The notes under the pieces: model-generated
Told to the model about the DNA's origin: nothing
Database searches by the model: none
Seen by the model: the letters and a program-made list of their open reading frames with translations, nothing else
Made by a program: the position numbers and the translations under genes
In this document: positions 52,217-64,000 of the stretch, in pieces
Position numbering within the stretch: the first letter of the stretch is position 1
Layout: every line of letters starts with the position of its first letter
Assembly (NCBI RefSeq): GCF_000150275.1
Contig: NW_002060944.1
Coordinates: 2,332,152 to 2,396,151, forward strand
Reading direction: 5' to 3'
DNA: 64,000 bases
Source: Trichoplax adhaerens
Taxonomy: Eukaryota > Animalia > Placozoa

Positions 52217-54788
52217 AATGTCTTATTTATAATCATACCTTTCAAGGATTTTGTATTCTCCTAAACTTTACGTAAACGTATTTTGTCTTAGGTTTACCTG
52301 GCATGGTAGCGTAAAATTTCATGATTGCATTTATTTGGTATCGTTACGTCTGTCTAAGGATTGAAATGTATGTACAGTACTACTGATTAACCTTGGCATA
52401 ATATACAAGATTTATTAGAAATACTGCAGCTCCCGATTGTTTGTAAATTATCATGAGTACAGTATATAAGTTGAGGCTACTACCATAACTAGTTTTTAGA
52501 TATATTTTACCTATTAATTTTCCCTATATTTTAGATATAACCAAATCATTTATACTCTGCAGGAATTGGTATGGTATAGGTGACGATAGAACTCCTTATG
52601 CTGCCTAGAACCTTTCACTGTTCAGATTCCAGTCTGAACATGTCTAATTCTGCCTTGGCAATGATCGCTTTCTGATAATATATCAACGTTAAAAAGTTCT
52701 GAATAATATTTCGCAGTAAATATACAGTATTGTACTAAATCAGTTATAAATAATAAAGTCATCAATTTAATTGCGTAATGATGTAAACTTTGTTTCAAAA
52801 TCTTTAAACGGCGTTAGTGATGCCATGTTATGCTGTGTACATGTTACCTATATACGCGTATTGCGTATAATCATGAGTATGGCAGCAGTCTTGGTTAACC
52901 GGGCGACTGCATTGAATAAATAAGATCTTGAGCCGCACATCGAATGTTATAAAGCGTGTACGTATTAGTATTGCGTTAGAATAGATTAAGGATATAAATA
53001 TTATTGTACTATTCTCATACACCGACGTTAGAGTGTACTACAGCCCATTATGTGAATATACAGTATGATTACACGATATTTTGGTGTATTCATTAGTTGG
53101 TGGAGTTAACGGACGGGCGTTCGATTGTTTAATTATTAAGCTTAGTTACTGTGAACATAACCTCTAACACAGGCGCTTCAGTGTCTTCAGTCGTACATGA
53201 TGAGTATGTGCTATTTCTATAATTACATATTTCACCGTATGCTTGCGACTTATAAAGTCTCGTTTGCACACTCAATAGGTTGTTAGCGTTTGCCATAGTC
53301 CTTTGGTCAACATAATTTTACTGTACTGTATACTGTAATTCCTTTACGCCTTATCAGCGAGCTCTGTAAAATTTTTACTCCGAAGTAAAATTCAGGCGTT
53401 GAAGGATAATTCAGTTTAGTATATTTTATACATGTAAATACATGTAAACCGTGTGAAAGGGAGTTTTCATGTCTCTGTGGTTAAGTGAATTAACTGCATT
53501 ACTGTGATGCAACAACTGAAGTAAGTGGTCATGATTCTGTAAACAGTAGAGCAGGCTGCCTGTCTATACAATTTTACAAAGTACCTAGAACTACAGTGAA
53601 GTTCTGTATCCGAACTTTTCTTGCATGCTGTGGATTTCCATAGTAAAATGGTCTGTATTTATCTTACACTACCATACGCATGTTAATTCATCTAATTTTT
53701 ATGAAAGCCTGCTCTTGATGGCAGTTTTTCTCTAAATTTCGATTTTTAGATTCTCGTCCCCTATTTCTAGGCGTATTTGAGCGTTACTTGTACTTAGCCA
53801 CAATAATGTTATAATTTTGTCATTAGAGTAAACGATAAGATAAACTGAGATTAGACTATCGTAGAGAATTGAAGAGATGATGTCGGAGTTTCATGGCAAT
53901 AAACGTATGATTACGAACGTACTGTAATTTACCGTATATCTTCTGCGCTGAGATACGGTAATGGCAACGTCTACCATCGCTTCTCCGATAGTACTGAAGT
54001 CAAGTGCTTACGTAGAGTACAGTACATCGTCATCACGATAAGAAAGACCGAAATAAATTTATAAAGATAGTACTGTAATAAGAAATGCAGCTAAATAAAA
54101 GGTCATCATGGACTACTAAATCTTGGCGTAGAAGATTTTAGTTCTCCATGGTCAATTGGTCATGCTTTAAACTGTATACTTAGTTGTATGCATGTCTGAG
54201 AAACAATATTGTACGTACTGTATATCGGAGCGTAAAAGATAGTGAATGACGAACTCCCAATATCTTATACGTACGTGTACTGTACTGTACAGTGTACACT
54301 GTGTTACGGTCAATCCCGGGAATCGGTCATAGTGCGATGCAAAGCAGTACGCAATATATTAAACCGTCTGGATAAGATGCCCAGTGTACGACCGCAGTAC
54401 AGTACAGTCAATCTGCAAGTCTTTCTGAAAATATTTTATACCTTTAGATTCATGTTTCATTTACCGTTCTTCACGGCTTTGGCAACTTCTGAAACAAACG
54501 GTTTCTCTAATCAAATCCAGACCGTGCACATTTCATACGTTCGATGTTTCCGATACTAAACTACTGCTTTTAATTGTTTTATCTGTAATGATAAAATTAT
54601 TACGTGGCTCTTTAACTTCTGAATGTCTAGTGTTTTATCTAATATTCTAGCTGACGGTACACTCCGTTCGTAAGCTGGTACATGTGATTGTGACATACCA
54701 GAATGCTGTATCAGACTACATAAAAAGAGCATACTCACACGGCTTACAAAAATTTTATATTGCAGAGCTCTCGATGCAGCATTAACTT

Positions 54789-54838
54789 TCTGGAGTCTGC
54801 AATAAAAGTGTCTCTGGAGTCTATAATAAAAATGTCTC
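54789..54838. repeat. Two-copy ~24 bp tandem repeat
   Basis: tctggagtctgcaataaaagtgtc followed by tctggagtctataataaaaatgtc. Confidence 0.75.
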
Positions 54839-56243
54839 ACAATAACTATCTTATCCAAATCGTATTTTCTAAAAGGCTTTTATTACAATGTTTCGTTTTA
54901 AGAATAGTAGAGCAATAATTAATTACTACGAGAATCTAGTCTAAAATCTGAAGTATTCCGAGCTCAAACGCGGTGTAGTCTCTTCTCTCCCGTGAACTCA
55001 TCTCTGTAGTTCTTGTATACATTTCGTTAAATCTGCTTATGACAACTTGATTAACCTACAATCAGACATGAGTCATCAAACAAAATACTTTTCTTAAATA
55101 GTACATCATTATCTTCTACAATCTAAATCATTCTACTTAAGATGTAACTACTCTTCTATTAACGTCTAGCCCCTTTCTCCGAAGGGCATCTTAACATCTG
55201 CAGTGTTTCTAGCCATATAAATCTTGTACCATAATTTGTCAACTGGCTAATTTTAGTCATCAATAATTTCTAATATAGTAGTTAGCAATCATCTAATATT
55301 AGCTTCTCGATAATATCTGTTCAGAGTTACCTAACTATATCAAATATAGCTATCCTTATAATCAAATATGGGTGCATCACTACAGAATCCGAGCGATTAC
55401 GTATTGTTCTCGATAAAAATAAATCAAAATTTATTAACCTTGATTTACTAGCAGTACAAACGGAGTGACTAAAAGGAGATATTACACGATTTATGCCCAA
55501 TCTACTATCCTGGTACAGTAATAGTACAGTACAAAATAGAATAATAACAGAATTGAGTGTGCCACGGTAAATTACTCGTTTTGACTGCGGTTTATATTTG
55601 TTTCCGCAATTCACTACTGTATTCTGTATTTAATACAACTTAATTATACTTGAATTTGGCCCTTATTTAGATTATGCTTCTACGCTCACTAATTTTATTA
55701 TGGTCTTGAGCCTTGATAACTCTTTATTCGTAAAAGTGTAGTACAGGTTACACTGTTAAAAGATTAAAACATTCATGAAATTTATTGCCTTGTAAACATT
55801 TACTTCGGTCTTTACCATATATCGCTTGTATGAGTCATGCAGTTTCATGATTCATCTGTCATCAGTAATGCCTTTATAAATTACCTCTGAAGCCATAGTG
55901 CATAAATTTGTTATATTCGTACCAGCGTGTACGGCATATATATCGTTGAACCTCCTATAGATTTCCTTACATCAATAAGAGCTATGTTATTATTGTAAAT
56001 TCGTTTTACACGTAAAAATAAACAAATTCCTTGGCGTGGCCGATAACTTGGGTCAAAGGTCTAATCCGATTATTACGATAAGATTAAACTATTTACGGGA
56101 TTAATTCATTACAACCCTTTTCTTCTGAAAAGGTATCATAGACTAGAAAAAAAAAAAATTAGAAATATCTCCATTTGTAAAGACTTTAATTAGACTACAT
56201 CTCTACTATTGATCTTTTCCTCGTTTCTTAACCGTCATTCGCG

Positions 56244-59200
56244 ATGTTTCTGACACTGGGCTTTCTCCAAAGTTTCACTTGTGTGATTTCCTTGCTTTCC
56301 TGCGCATTTTTAGCCTATTTTCAAATTCAGGGCAACGTTAAAGATTTCTTTAGTTGTCTTGAAGTTCCAGAATGGCTAGTTTATGGTAACATCATAGCGC
56401 CTGGAGTCCTTGGATTCCTAGTAAGTATTTTTAAACGCCAAGAATTCATTTGTTTTGCACTACAGTATATCATACTTGTATATGCGTACATCTCAATTTT
56501 TTTTCTAATTTTCTGCTCTAATAATTCTAATGCGCGCGTAAATGATATCGTCTTATCAATTTAATTACGGGGTAAATATATAAGAGATTTATCAATATGA
56601 AAATATTGTATGTGATTGCGAACTGATAATTATATAGCAAGAATTATCAATTTAGAAAGATAAACTTATTATACGCCATGATAAATTCTTTTCATCGTTG
56701 TATTGCACATTACTTCCTATACATTATAGAAGAACATTTCATTATGCGATTTTTTTAATCTCAGGTCAATCCTTGTCACATTGTATCTAATCGGAGGTGA
56801 ATTAAGACATCGTTAAATCTATGAGTTTAAATGATAACGTATGAAAATTTTTATGACTATCAAGGAGATTACTACTTGCTTTACCTAGCATAACTCATGT
56901 ACCCTGGTAATCATTCACGCATATCTACTTTATGAGGGTCACACTTTGTATTATTTCGTAGTACAGTAACCAAAAAATTGTAGAACATCATAACCCCAAT
57001 CAATGAAATGAGAAGGATCCATTAACCATCGTATCGTAAAATCTTAAGCCGATCATACATGATAATCCGGTTTATAACCAATCGTTTACGGTAATTACTG
57101 ATATACGAGGATATGAAGGTTCAGTACCGTATGTAATATTAAGATACTATATAATTGCGTCGTACAGCAACTAGTATAGCGCTTATTTTCGATTGCTAAG
57201 GCAGACTACCGGGTTATGACCAAATGCAATATAATTATGTAGTAAATTTACCGTGCAATTAAAATTTTTGTACTTATTTCATTTGTCGCAACTCATTACG
57301 ATATTCTTTAAGAATAGTATATCTTGGCAAATCTACGTACAGCATGGACACTTTTTTCAATGACTAAGCCTTTTCTGTACTTGTATTCTTTAAATTACTG
57401 CCATTTTCTTTCATAACACAATATTAGATTTTTATCAATACTAATTTTCAGTATTAGTGAAACGTCAAGAAAAAATCTTCTATAGTGTTCCTGCTGTTAT
57501 CTAAGAATACGGTACTGAAAAAGCTCCTAGTAATGCCTATTAGATTAAATTATCAAGTTTAGAACTTTTCTTGGAACTATGGAAGGATACTGTATAAAAA
57601 AAGATGATTTTGCATCACTCAATAGGTACTGGCTTGTTCGTGGAGATCTCAATGATTGATTGATTCCCTATTTGCTTAGGCTAATAATTACAACAGTGAC
57701 GTTTTTGTTCAATTTTCAGCTACTGCATCTGGATACTTTTCAATAACGATGACAAAAAAGCGAACTTTGTCATCCGTGTGAACATTACGTTACGATCATA
57801 ATTTCAAGAAATACGAAAATTTTAAAGTAATTAATTAATTTGTATATAGAATTTGTACTATTATAATAAACGTACCAGTAATTATCATACCAAACAGATA
57901 CGTACAGTATTATCAGGGTAAAAAATGTGACTATCTATACCGAAGTCCGTAGTCTATAATTAAATATATAATTAATTGACTCTTACATGATAACATCTGC
58001 TGATAGCAAAGTTATAAGTATTTTTTATATGACCATCGCTACATAAATAATTATAATTAATCAGTTAATAATTTGTTTGCTACTCACAAACTATACATCC
58101 AGCTGCGAATAACTTGTATAATTATATTGTCATTATTTTAAGTGTTATTATTAGCATGGTAATTATTCGTTCATTGCGTCATAAAGCCTCATGGAAAGGG
58201 TTATATATTGTACAATGCTGAATCGCTTACGCATATTACATTTCATCCATCTAAAGAGTCTGTCTGTTTTATCCTAGATAACTGCAGTCATTTTGACAAA
58301 TAGAATAAGTGTTTACGTAGTCTTATTGTCCACACGTGCCTTGTATAACTATTGCAGACTATACGGTGTAATTACCCGTAATACATATTACCTTATACGC
58401 ATATTTCGGTATGATTTCAACTACTGTATATCCGGGTCGGTTACCGTATATAATGTAAATAACTTACTAATTTTTTAAACTATATCCCATTCTTTCAGCA
58501 AATATTAGCCAAACGTAGATGCACAAGATTTTTAAGTCAATTCGATTAAAATCAAGTGGAAATTGTGAAATTATTACAAGCCACTCAAATTTTACAGTAA
58601 CACTATAAGACGGATTCGGGCAGAGGCTGATGTTAACATTTACCCTCAATTCTCATTCCTCAGTGCTGTATAATAGCAGCAGTTGCGACAGCTCTGACGT
58701 AGCTGTAAATGTGTTGTAGACTTGATTATTCCATACGCAAAGACATTTACGGCTATTTTGCATACTACAGTATATATAATATGAGGTTAGAAGCTATGGC
58801 TATGCCAGTTTGTCATAGTTAAGAGATCATAGATGTATCCTTAATGTGCTGTATATAGTTAAAAATATAACAGTAGTACATGATATAACGGGAAATGTGT
58901 GCTGCTATGACAAATCCTTCTTTGTATGCTGATTAACAGATAGCCTACAACAATAGTCAACGTTTTATGTCAACGTCTTATCTACGGTAGATCTATAAAA
59001 TTACTATTTCATACGCATGGTATTTGTATAGCCTTCATATTAATCATCGTAAATAGGTTGAAAGTAATATTATAATCATAATTTAATATATTCCTTCATA
59101 GTACTCGTATATTGTAATAATATCATTCACTAATTATGTTATACACGGTATGATACATTGGTTGATAGAGTCAGCTAAGTTTATTTCTATTTATAAAAAT

Positions 59201-60191
59201 CTAAATTATAATTTATTGGGTACGCAGAGTGCTGGTGATGAAGCCTTTGTTGCAACTGTAAGGTTATGATAGCTCGACTATGCTTTAGTCGCTGTTATAA
59301 ATAACATATTTGCAGCATATGAATTTCTGATTTACCATACTATTTTAGGGCACATTTTAGTTTAGGTTCATATGAGTATTAACAACTCCACTGAGTGAAA
59401 TTAAAATTCTTATCAGAAATTAGGATAATAGATTGGATAAAAATTTATCGTATTTCGCTTTAGAATCCATGTATTTCATTAATTGTGTTAAATTACAACG
59501 ATTCTAGTCCATGAAACGTTATTCTTTTCCTCTATTTAGTTACTTATGACTTCCATATTTAGCTGTTTGCGAAGTAGGAACAATGAAAAAGTTTATGTAA
59601 GTGAAATTCTGTAAATCTCTTAAGATGGTGTATGTGTATATAACTTTGAAGAGAACTTACCTTTAGCATTTCCATAGATTATATATATCCAAATTTGATA
59701 CCTAAGATTTTTGATTAATTTTAATTTTTGAATCGCTCTTTACGTATGATGAGCACTGTAGTTAGTAATGTTCCTTAGCACATGGCTAAAATATGATTGT
59801 GGACGGTCACTTGTAAAACTGCTAAGATGATCATATAGATATTTAGATAGGTGCATAGGTATTTAAAGAATTACAGTAATTATACGAAATTTGAGATCGC
59901 TAATTGAGATTAATCTTTATGAATTAGGAAATCATTAATTGGACATGCAACACGTTATCATTGATAGTTTGCGCTGCAACTATGGCGGCAGGTGTTTATA
60001 TTACGGTCTTGTATCTAAACAAGTATGATGCGACATCTCATAAGAGCTCTTGTGATGCATTTGTATTTGTACCCTATATTATTATTCAAGTCACAAGCAT
60101 GTGTTCTGGAATATTTGGTCTTGTCCATTGTTTGACTTTGTGTGGGACTTGTAGCTTCTTCGAAAGTGATTACGAAGATGACAAATTGTAA
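56244..60191 (+). CDS. Small four-transmembrane protein, possibly CD20/MS4A/TMEM212-like; probable exons 56244-~56424, ~57719-57776, 59928-60191
   Basis: Exon 1 encodes two hydrophobic helices. A tentative middle exon encodes TASGYFSITMTKKRTLSS. The last exon encodes two helices, a Cys-rich segment and an acidic tail. Internal exon structure is uncertain. Confidence 0.55.
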
Positions 60192-61764
60192 AGAAACGAC
60201 GCAATATAAGAATGATGTATGCTTCCTGTATCTGTATGGCACATGGATTAAAATTTTAAGGCCTTGTTTTTGCTTTGGATATACGTAATTGTTATTCTGA
60301 AATTATCATAATCTACAATATGGTCATAATATTCTATCTTTGTATCGGTGATATCAATTAACATAAGTTTTGCTATAACCCAAATAAATTGTTCTCATAG
60401 GGTGTGGTCGCACTATACCTAAGTAGAAATTAATCATGATGCCCTTCCTTCACGTTTTAGTATTAGGTCGATTGCAGAAAAGTTTTCTATAGCTAGCGTA
60501 CATTGTAGAAGACTTTTAAGGTAACACTAACCTTGATACAATTACTAACTTTACGAGTAAATTGTGATTCTAAAAGCTATCGCTTTGTAAAGGTTGAAAT
60601 TAATCACTGTTAATTTTCAAAAAATTGTGAATCCGTGGCGGTTATTTGACGAGACTTTTCAGTCTTCAAGCTAATGGATTTAAAATAATAGCTTAAATGT
60701 TAGGCGTCTTGTAGTAATTTAGTACTAAATATATAAGACTTAAATCTGAAACTACTTCGCGTATAAGTTTACATCTATCCAGGCGTTAATCTATAAGGAA
60801 CGCTAACTTAAATAGTAACAAACTCTGATTTTAGTAGTATTGACATGAACGGGTACTGCCATTGATTCTTGCAGGATGATATTATTCAGCAAATATTCTT
60901 TGAGATGACTTATATACTTCATCTGTAGCTTTATTGGTGCTGGATACCTAAAAGTTAATGTTTTCATAACTACTAATTGACAATTTTGTATTCGTTGGCA
61001 ATGCAGCTTTATCTACAATAAAATTTATAAATTCTTACCGTCTGAGAATACAATGAACTACTAAAGTCACTAAGTGTAAGTATCTACAATTAAACGGATT
61101 TTAGTGTCACATCTTGCTTCGAGAGAATTAATCTCTGATCAATATTAGACTACAGTAAATCTGGAGGACATTACACTCTCGTAGTAGTAGCAAAATTATC
61201 GGGTACTATATTTTCGTTAGTATAAGGTAAGAGATTAAGTAATTATTGCTACTACAGCATGTTTATAGAAATACTGTACGTGTTATGCTATGATAAGTAA
61301 TTGTGCAGATCCAGATTATCTTATTTGCTGTAATAGGCTTTGCCACCTTGCATTGAAGAAATTTCTAAAATTTCAAGTATCAGACCCTCCTGAGAACATG
61401 CTTATAATCCAGGAATTAAGTGTAAAATTAATTCATAATCAATTTAGAAATGGAAACTAATTTGTCTTGATTTTATTATTAAATGTGGGTTATAAATTAA
61501 ATGAGCAGAAATATGTACTATATTTAAGAGATGTACAATAGATGCTCTCAAAACTTAATAAAATTGTACCATTGCTATTGTGCGGGCATTGTATTGTACA
61601 TCTTATATTCAAGGCGCTATCTTTTATATCACGATGCATATAGATTAGTTTTTGTGTCAATTATCCAGTTTCATATATTAATCGCTAATACCATCAATTT
61701 AATGATTTTAGATAGTAGCTTCAAGGAACATAAATTCGGATCGTGATGCATGCGTAACCATCAA

Positions 61765-64000
61765 TCATCTTAGTTCTAACGCTTGTAATGCTGGTAGTAT
61801 GCAGGAAATTCTGTTACACCAAAAGTTGGCACATCCAGAGTGATACTTCCTTCCACCGTAGGTAATAATGTTCTCAGACGTTAGATCTGTCTTATTTACA
61901 TTAAGCAAGCATACTCCGCAAGCGATATGATTGCAATTTGTAGCTAATTCACCAGCAGTTAAGCATTGGGACTTGAAATTAAAATCGCTAGACAGCTATA
62001 TAAGAAATATAATATTAACAAGATAATTCAGAAGTTGAAAATCAAGATAGTACGGTACATACCTCTTCAGAATACTTGTCAATATTTTGAACAAGTTGAA
62101 CCCATTTTAGTTTGATAGTTGAAACTGTATCTTTGACATCAAGCAAATCAATATCTAAATCCAATCGAAACATATCCACTCTGTAATTAATAAAATCATA
62201 TCTCTGCGTATTGATAGCGTAAAGAATTACCTGAGCGGGAAGCAGCAGCATCAATTCGACAAACAACTTTAAATATCTCTAATAAAGCTATTGATAGAAA
62301 GGAGATAATTTAGGATCCTTGTGGAAAAATCAAGTGGTTGGATATGGCTAAGTACCTCTAATGAACAATAATCCTTTATTGCACTGGACGATTTCTTGTA
62401 ATATTTCATATTTTTTCGTCGACAGCAGGACATCAATTCCATTTTGTACATCTTGTAAAGCTTTTTCAAGGCAGCTATGCCATTTATTGAAAATAGTGTC
62501 TGTGGGCTATCAGATACAAGAAAGTTAAATTCTGAGTAGTTCTATATACATATATCATTTAAAAAAACATTAAATCAGAATAGCTAAGAAGTTCACCATA
62601 CATGTTTACTTTTTACCTCAGCATCTATGGATAACGCTCGATATCGATCAATATCATAGCTAGTTTCAATACAGACATCACTAGTCTTCCCTGCAGCCGT
62701 TATTAGGGTTTGACTCTGAAATTTCTGAGTGTCAGCAGTCGATCCGGGCTGCAAGATATCAAGGACACTATCAGAACCAATTTCATTTAAATCTCCGCCA
62801 ACGTCTGGAAGGTTACTTGTAAACTACATAGAAGTATAAGCAACATCGTAACTTCCGTGTAAATTCATTTATGATTTAAATCCAAAAGGAGTTACATTAC
62901 GATTGAAATACCGTATAATCGCCAAGGTTATTGGAATCTAAATGTTTGAGGTTGAAAGTATTTTCTTCTTCTAGAGATTGAAAATTACGGACAAAGTTAC
63001 TACAGTCCATATATTTTAATCTGATCTTGTCCCAAATACTAGCATTGCCAGCACTAATGCTGCTACTATTTATTATTTTACACTCATTACCGAAATGGTT
63101 TACATTCTTGAATTTGCCATCCTTCGCAAGATCAACGCTAGTTACGGTAAATGTAGAAAAATCTGACCATTCCTCCGACTGTTTATCTGGTTTCGTAGTT
63201 TCTTGATTTTGATTTAAGGAATTTGACACAGAACTTGCCTTAAAATTATCTTTGGCCTTTTCCGACATAGCAGTAAATTCTTTATTAGATTTGATATTGG
63301 TTGGAAGGTTCGCATTAAATGAAGCTGTAGTAGCTGAATTGAACTCTCCAAAATCATCAAATTCATTCGTATCGGTAACTGGGACATTCTTAGGGTTTTT
63401 AAGGCTATCTTCTTTACTAGGCGACTGTTCATTTACATGCTTAAGAATAGCATAAGGATCATATGATAAAGCTGCAGATTTCTTGGTTTCGATCTTATTA
63501 GGATCATATAAGAGTTCATTGTGGATTTGATTAGATTTCGAGCTCTCAGTGGTAACTTGCCAATCAGAGATAGATGCATCGATTGCACTAAAATTACTAA
63601 TTCCAAGTATAGGTTGCTTGTCCGGTGCAGGAGTAGGCTTGAAATTGTCTTGGTGTTCCTGATTAACACTGTTAGATAGTAAAGGAAGAAATACCGGTAT
63701 TAATAGTTATAATCTTCTCATTGTTCTAAAGATTACATACCTAGAATCACTCATCAAATTATATTCTCCTTGATTCTTAGGTGTTAATGATGGATCGTTG
63801 TCAAAGTGTTTGAAGGCACCATAATCATCATCTATATCCTCAGATGTAGGTTCTTGGAAAGTAAACTGGGATTTATTATCAGGTTTCACAGTTATTTCTC
63901 GAAAGATACTGTATTTATCGTTCGCTGTAGTTGAGGATTCGCTAGGCTGCGATTGGAAATCAGATATAGGTGTCGAAAAGGCTTGCCAATTCTTAGTTTC
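61765..64000 (-). CDS. SYNRG: Synergin gamma (AP-1 gamma-ear binding protein), 3' part; the gene continues beyond the window
   Basis: C-terminal CGICLLNVN...TYGGRKYHSGCANFWCN; upstream acidic gamma-ear motifs DDFGEF, DDYGAF, EWSDF; stop at 61765-61767. Confidence 0.88.

Larger units (their letters stand above)
49730..52775 (+). ncRNA. Non-coding multi-snoRNA host gene, GAS5-like (ends approximate)
   Basis: No sizeable ORF. Repeated short exons with GT donors (49939, 50455, 51072, 51354, 51689, 52045, 52306) and AG acceptors (50435, 50962, 51280, 52291, 52562). One box C/D snoRNA in each of six introns. AATAAA at 52752. Confidence 0.8.

Noticed and set aside
52306-52562. Possible H/ACA snoRNA in the last host intron (hairpin atactg...cagtat, ACAAGA as H box)
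   Set aside because: Only one credible hairpin, no ACA tail and no identifiable pseudouridylation pocket.

Overview
Eukaryotic, AT-rich, gene-dense animal DNA with short GT-AG introns. The abundant ACAGT/GTACT pentamer arrays at gene starts and the intronless rhodopsin GPCRs point to a placozoan (Trichoplax-like) genome; this is an inference. Protein-coding content, assembled by hand across splice sites: two intronless class A GPCRs, an SLC15A4-like peptide transporter, a DRAM/TMEM150 gene with a probable U12-type intron, five MGST1/PTGES-like MAPEG genes (one frameshifted), ASS1, PPAN, SWT1, V-ATPase subunit G, a small 4-TM protein, and the 3' part of synergin gamma. The main discovery lies at about 49.7-52.8 kb, head-to-head with ATP6V1G. 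This ORF-less, multi-exon region carries six intronic box C/D snoRNAs, one per intron. Five have guides matching the vertebrate GAS5 set (U80, U76, U77, U79, U74) and one matches snR38/SNORD1. It looks like a GAS5-type non-coding snoRNA host gene in an early-branching animal, flanked by genes whose human orthologues lie on the 1q/9q/19p/6p paralogon that also carries GAS5. A second notable observation is that one MAPEG copy is frameshifted by exactly one extra unit (CAGTA) of the promoter pentamer repeat. All homology statements and rRNA numbering come from recalled sequences, not from database searches.
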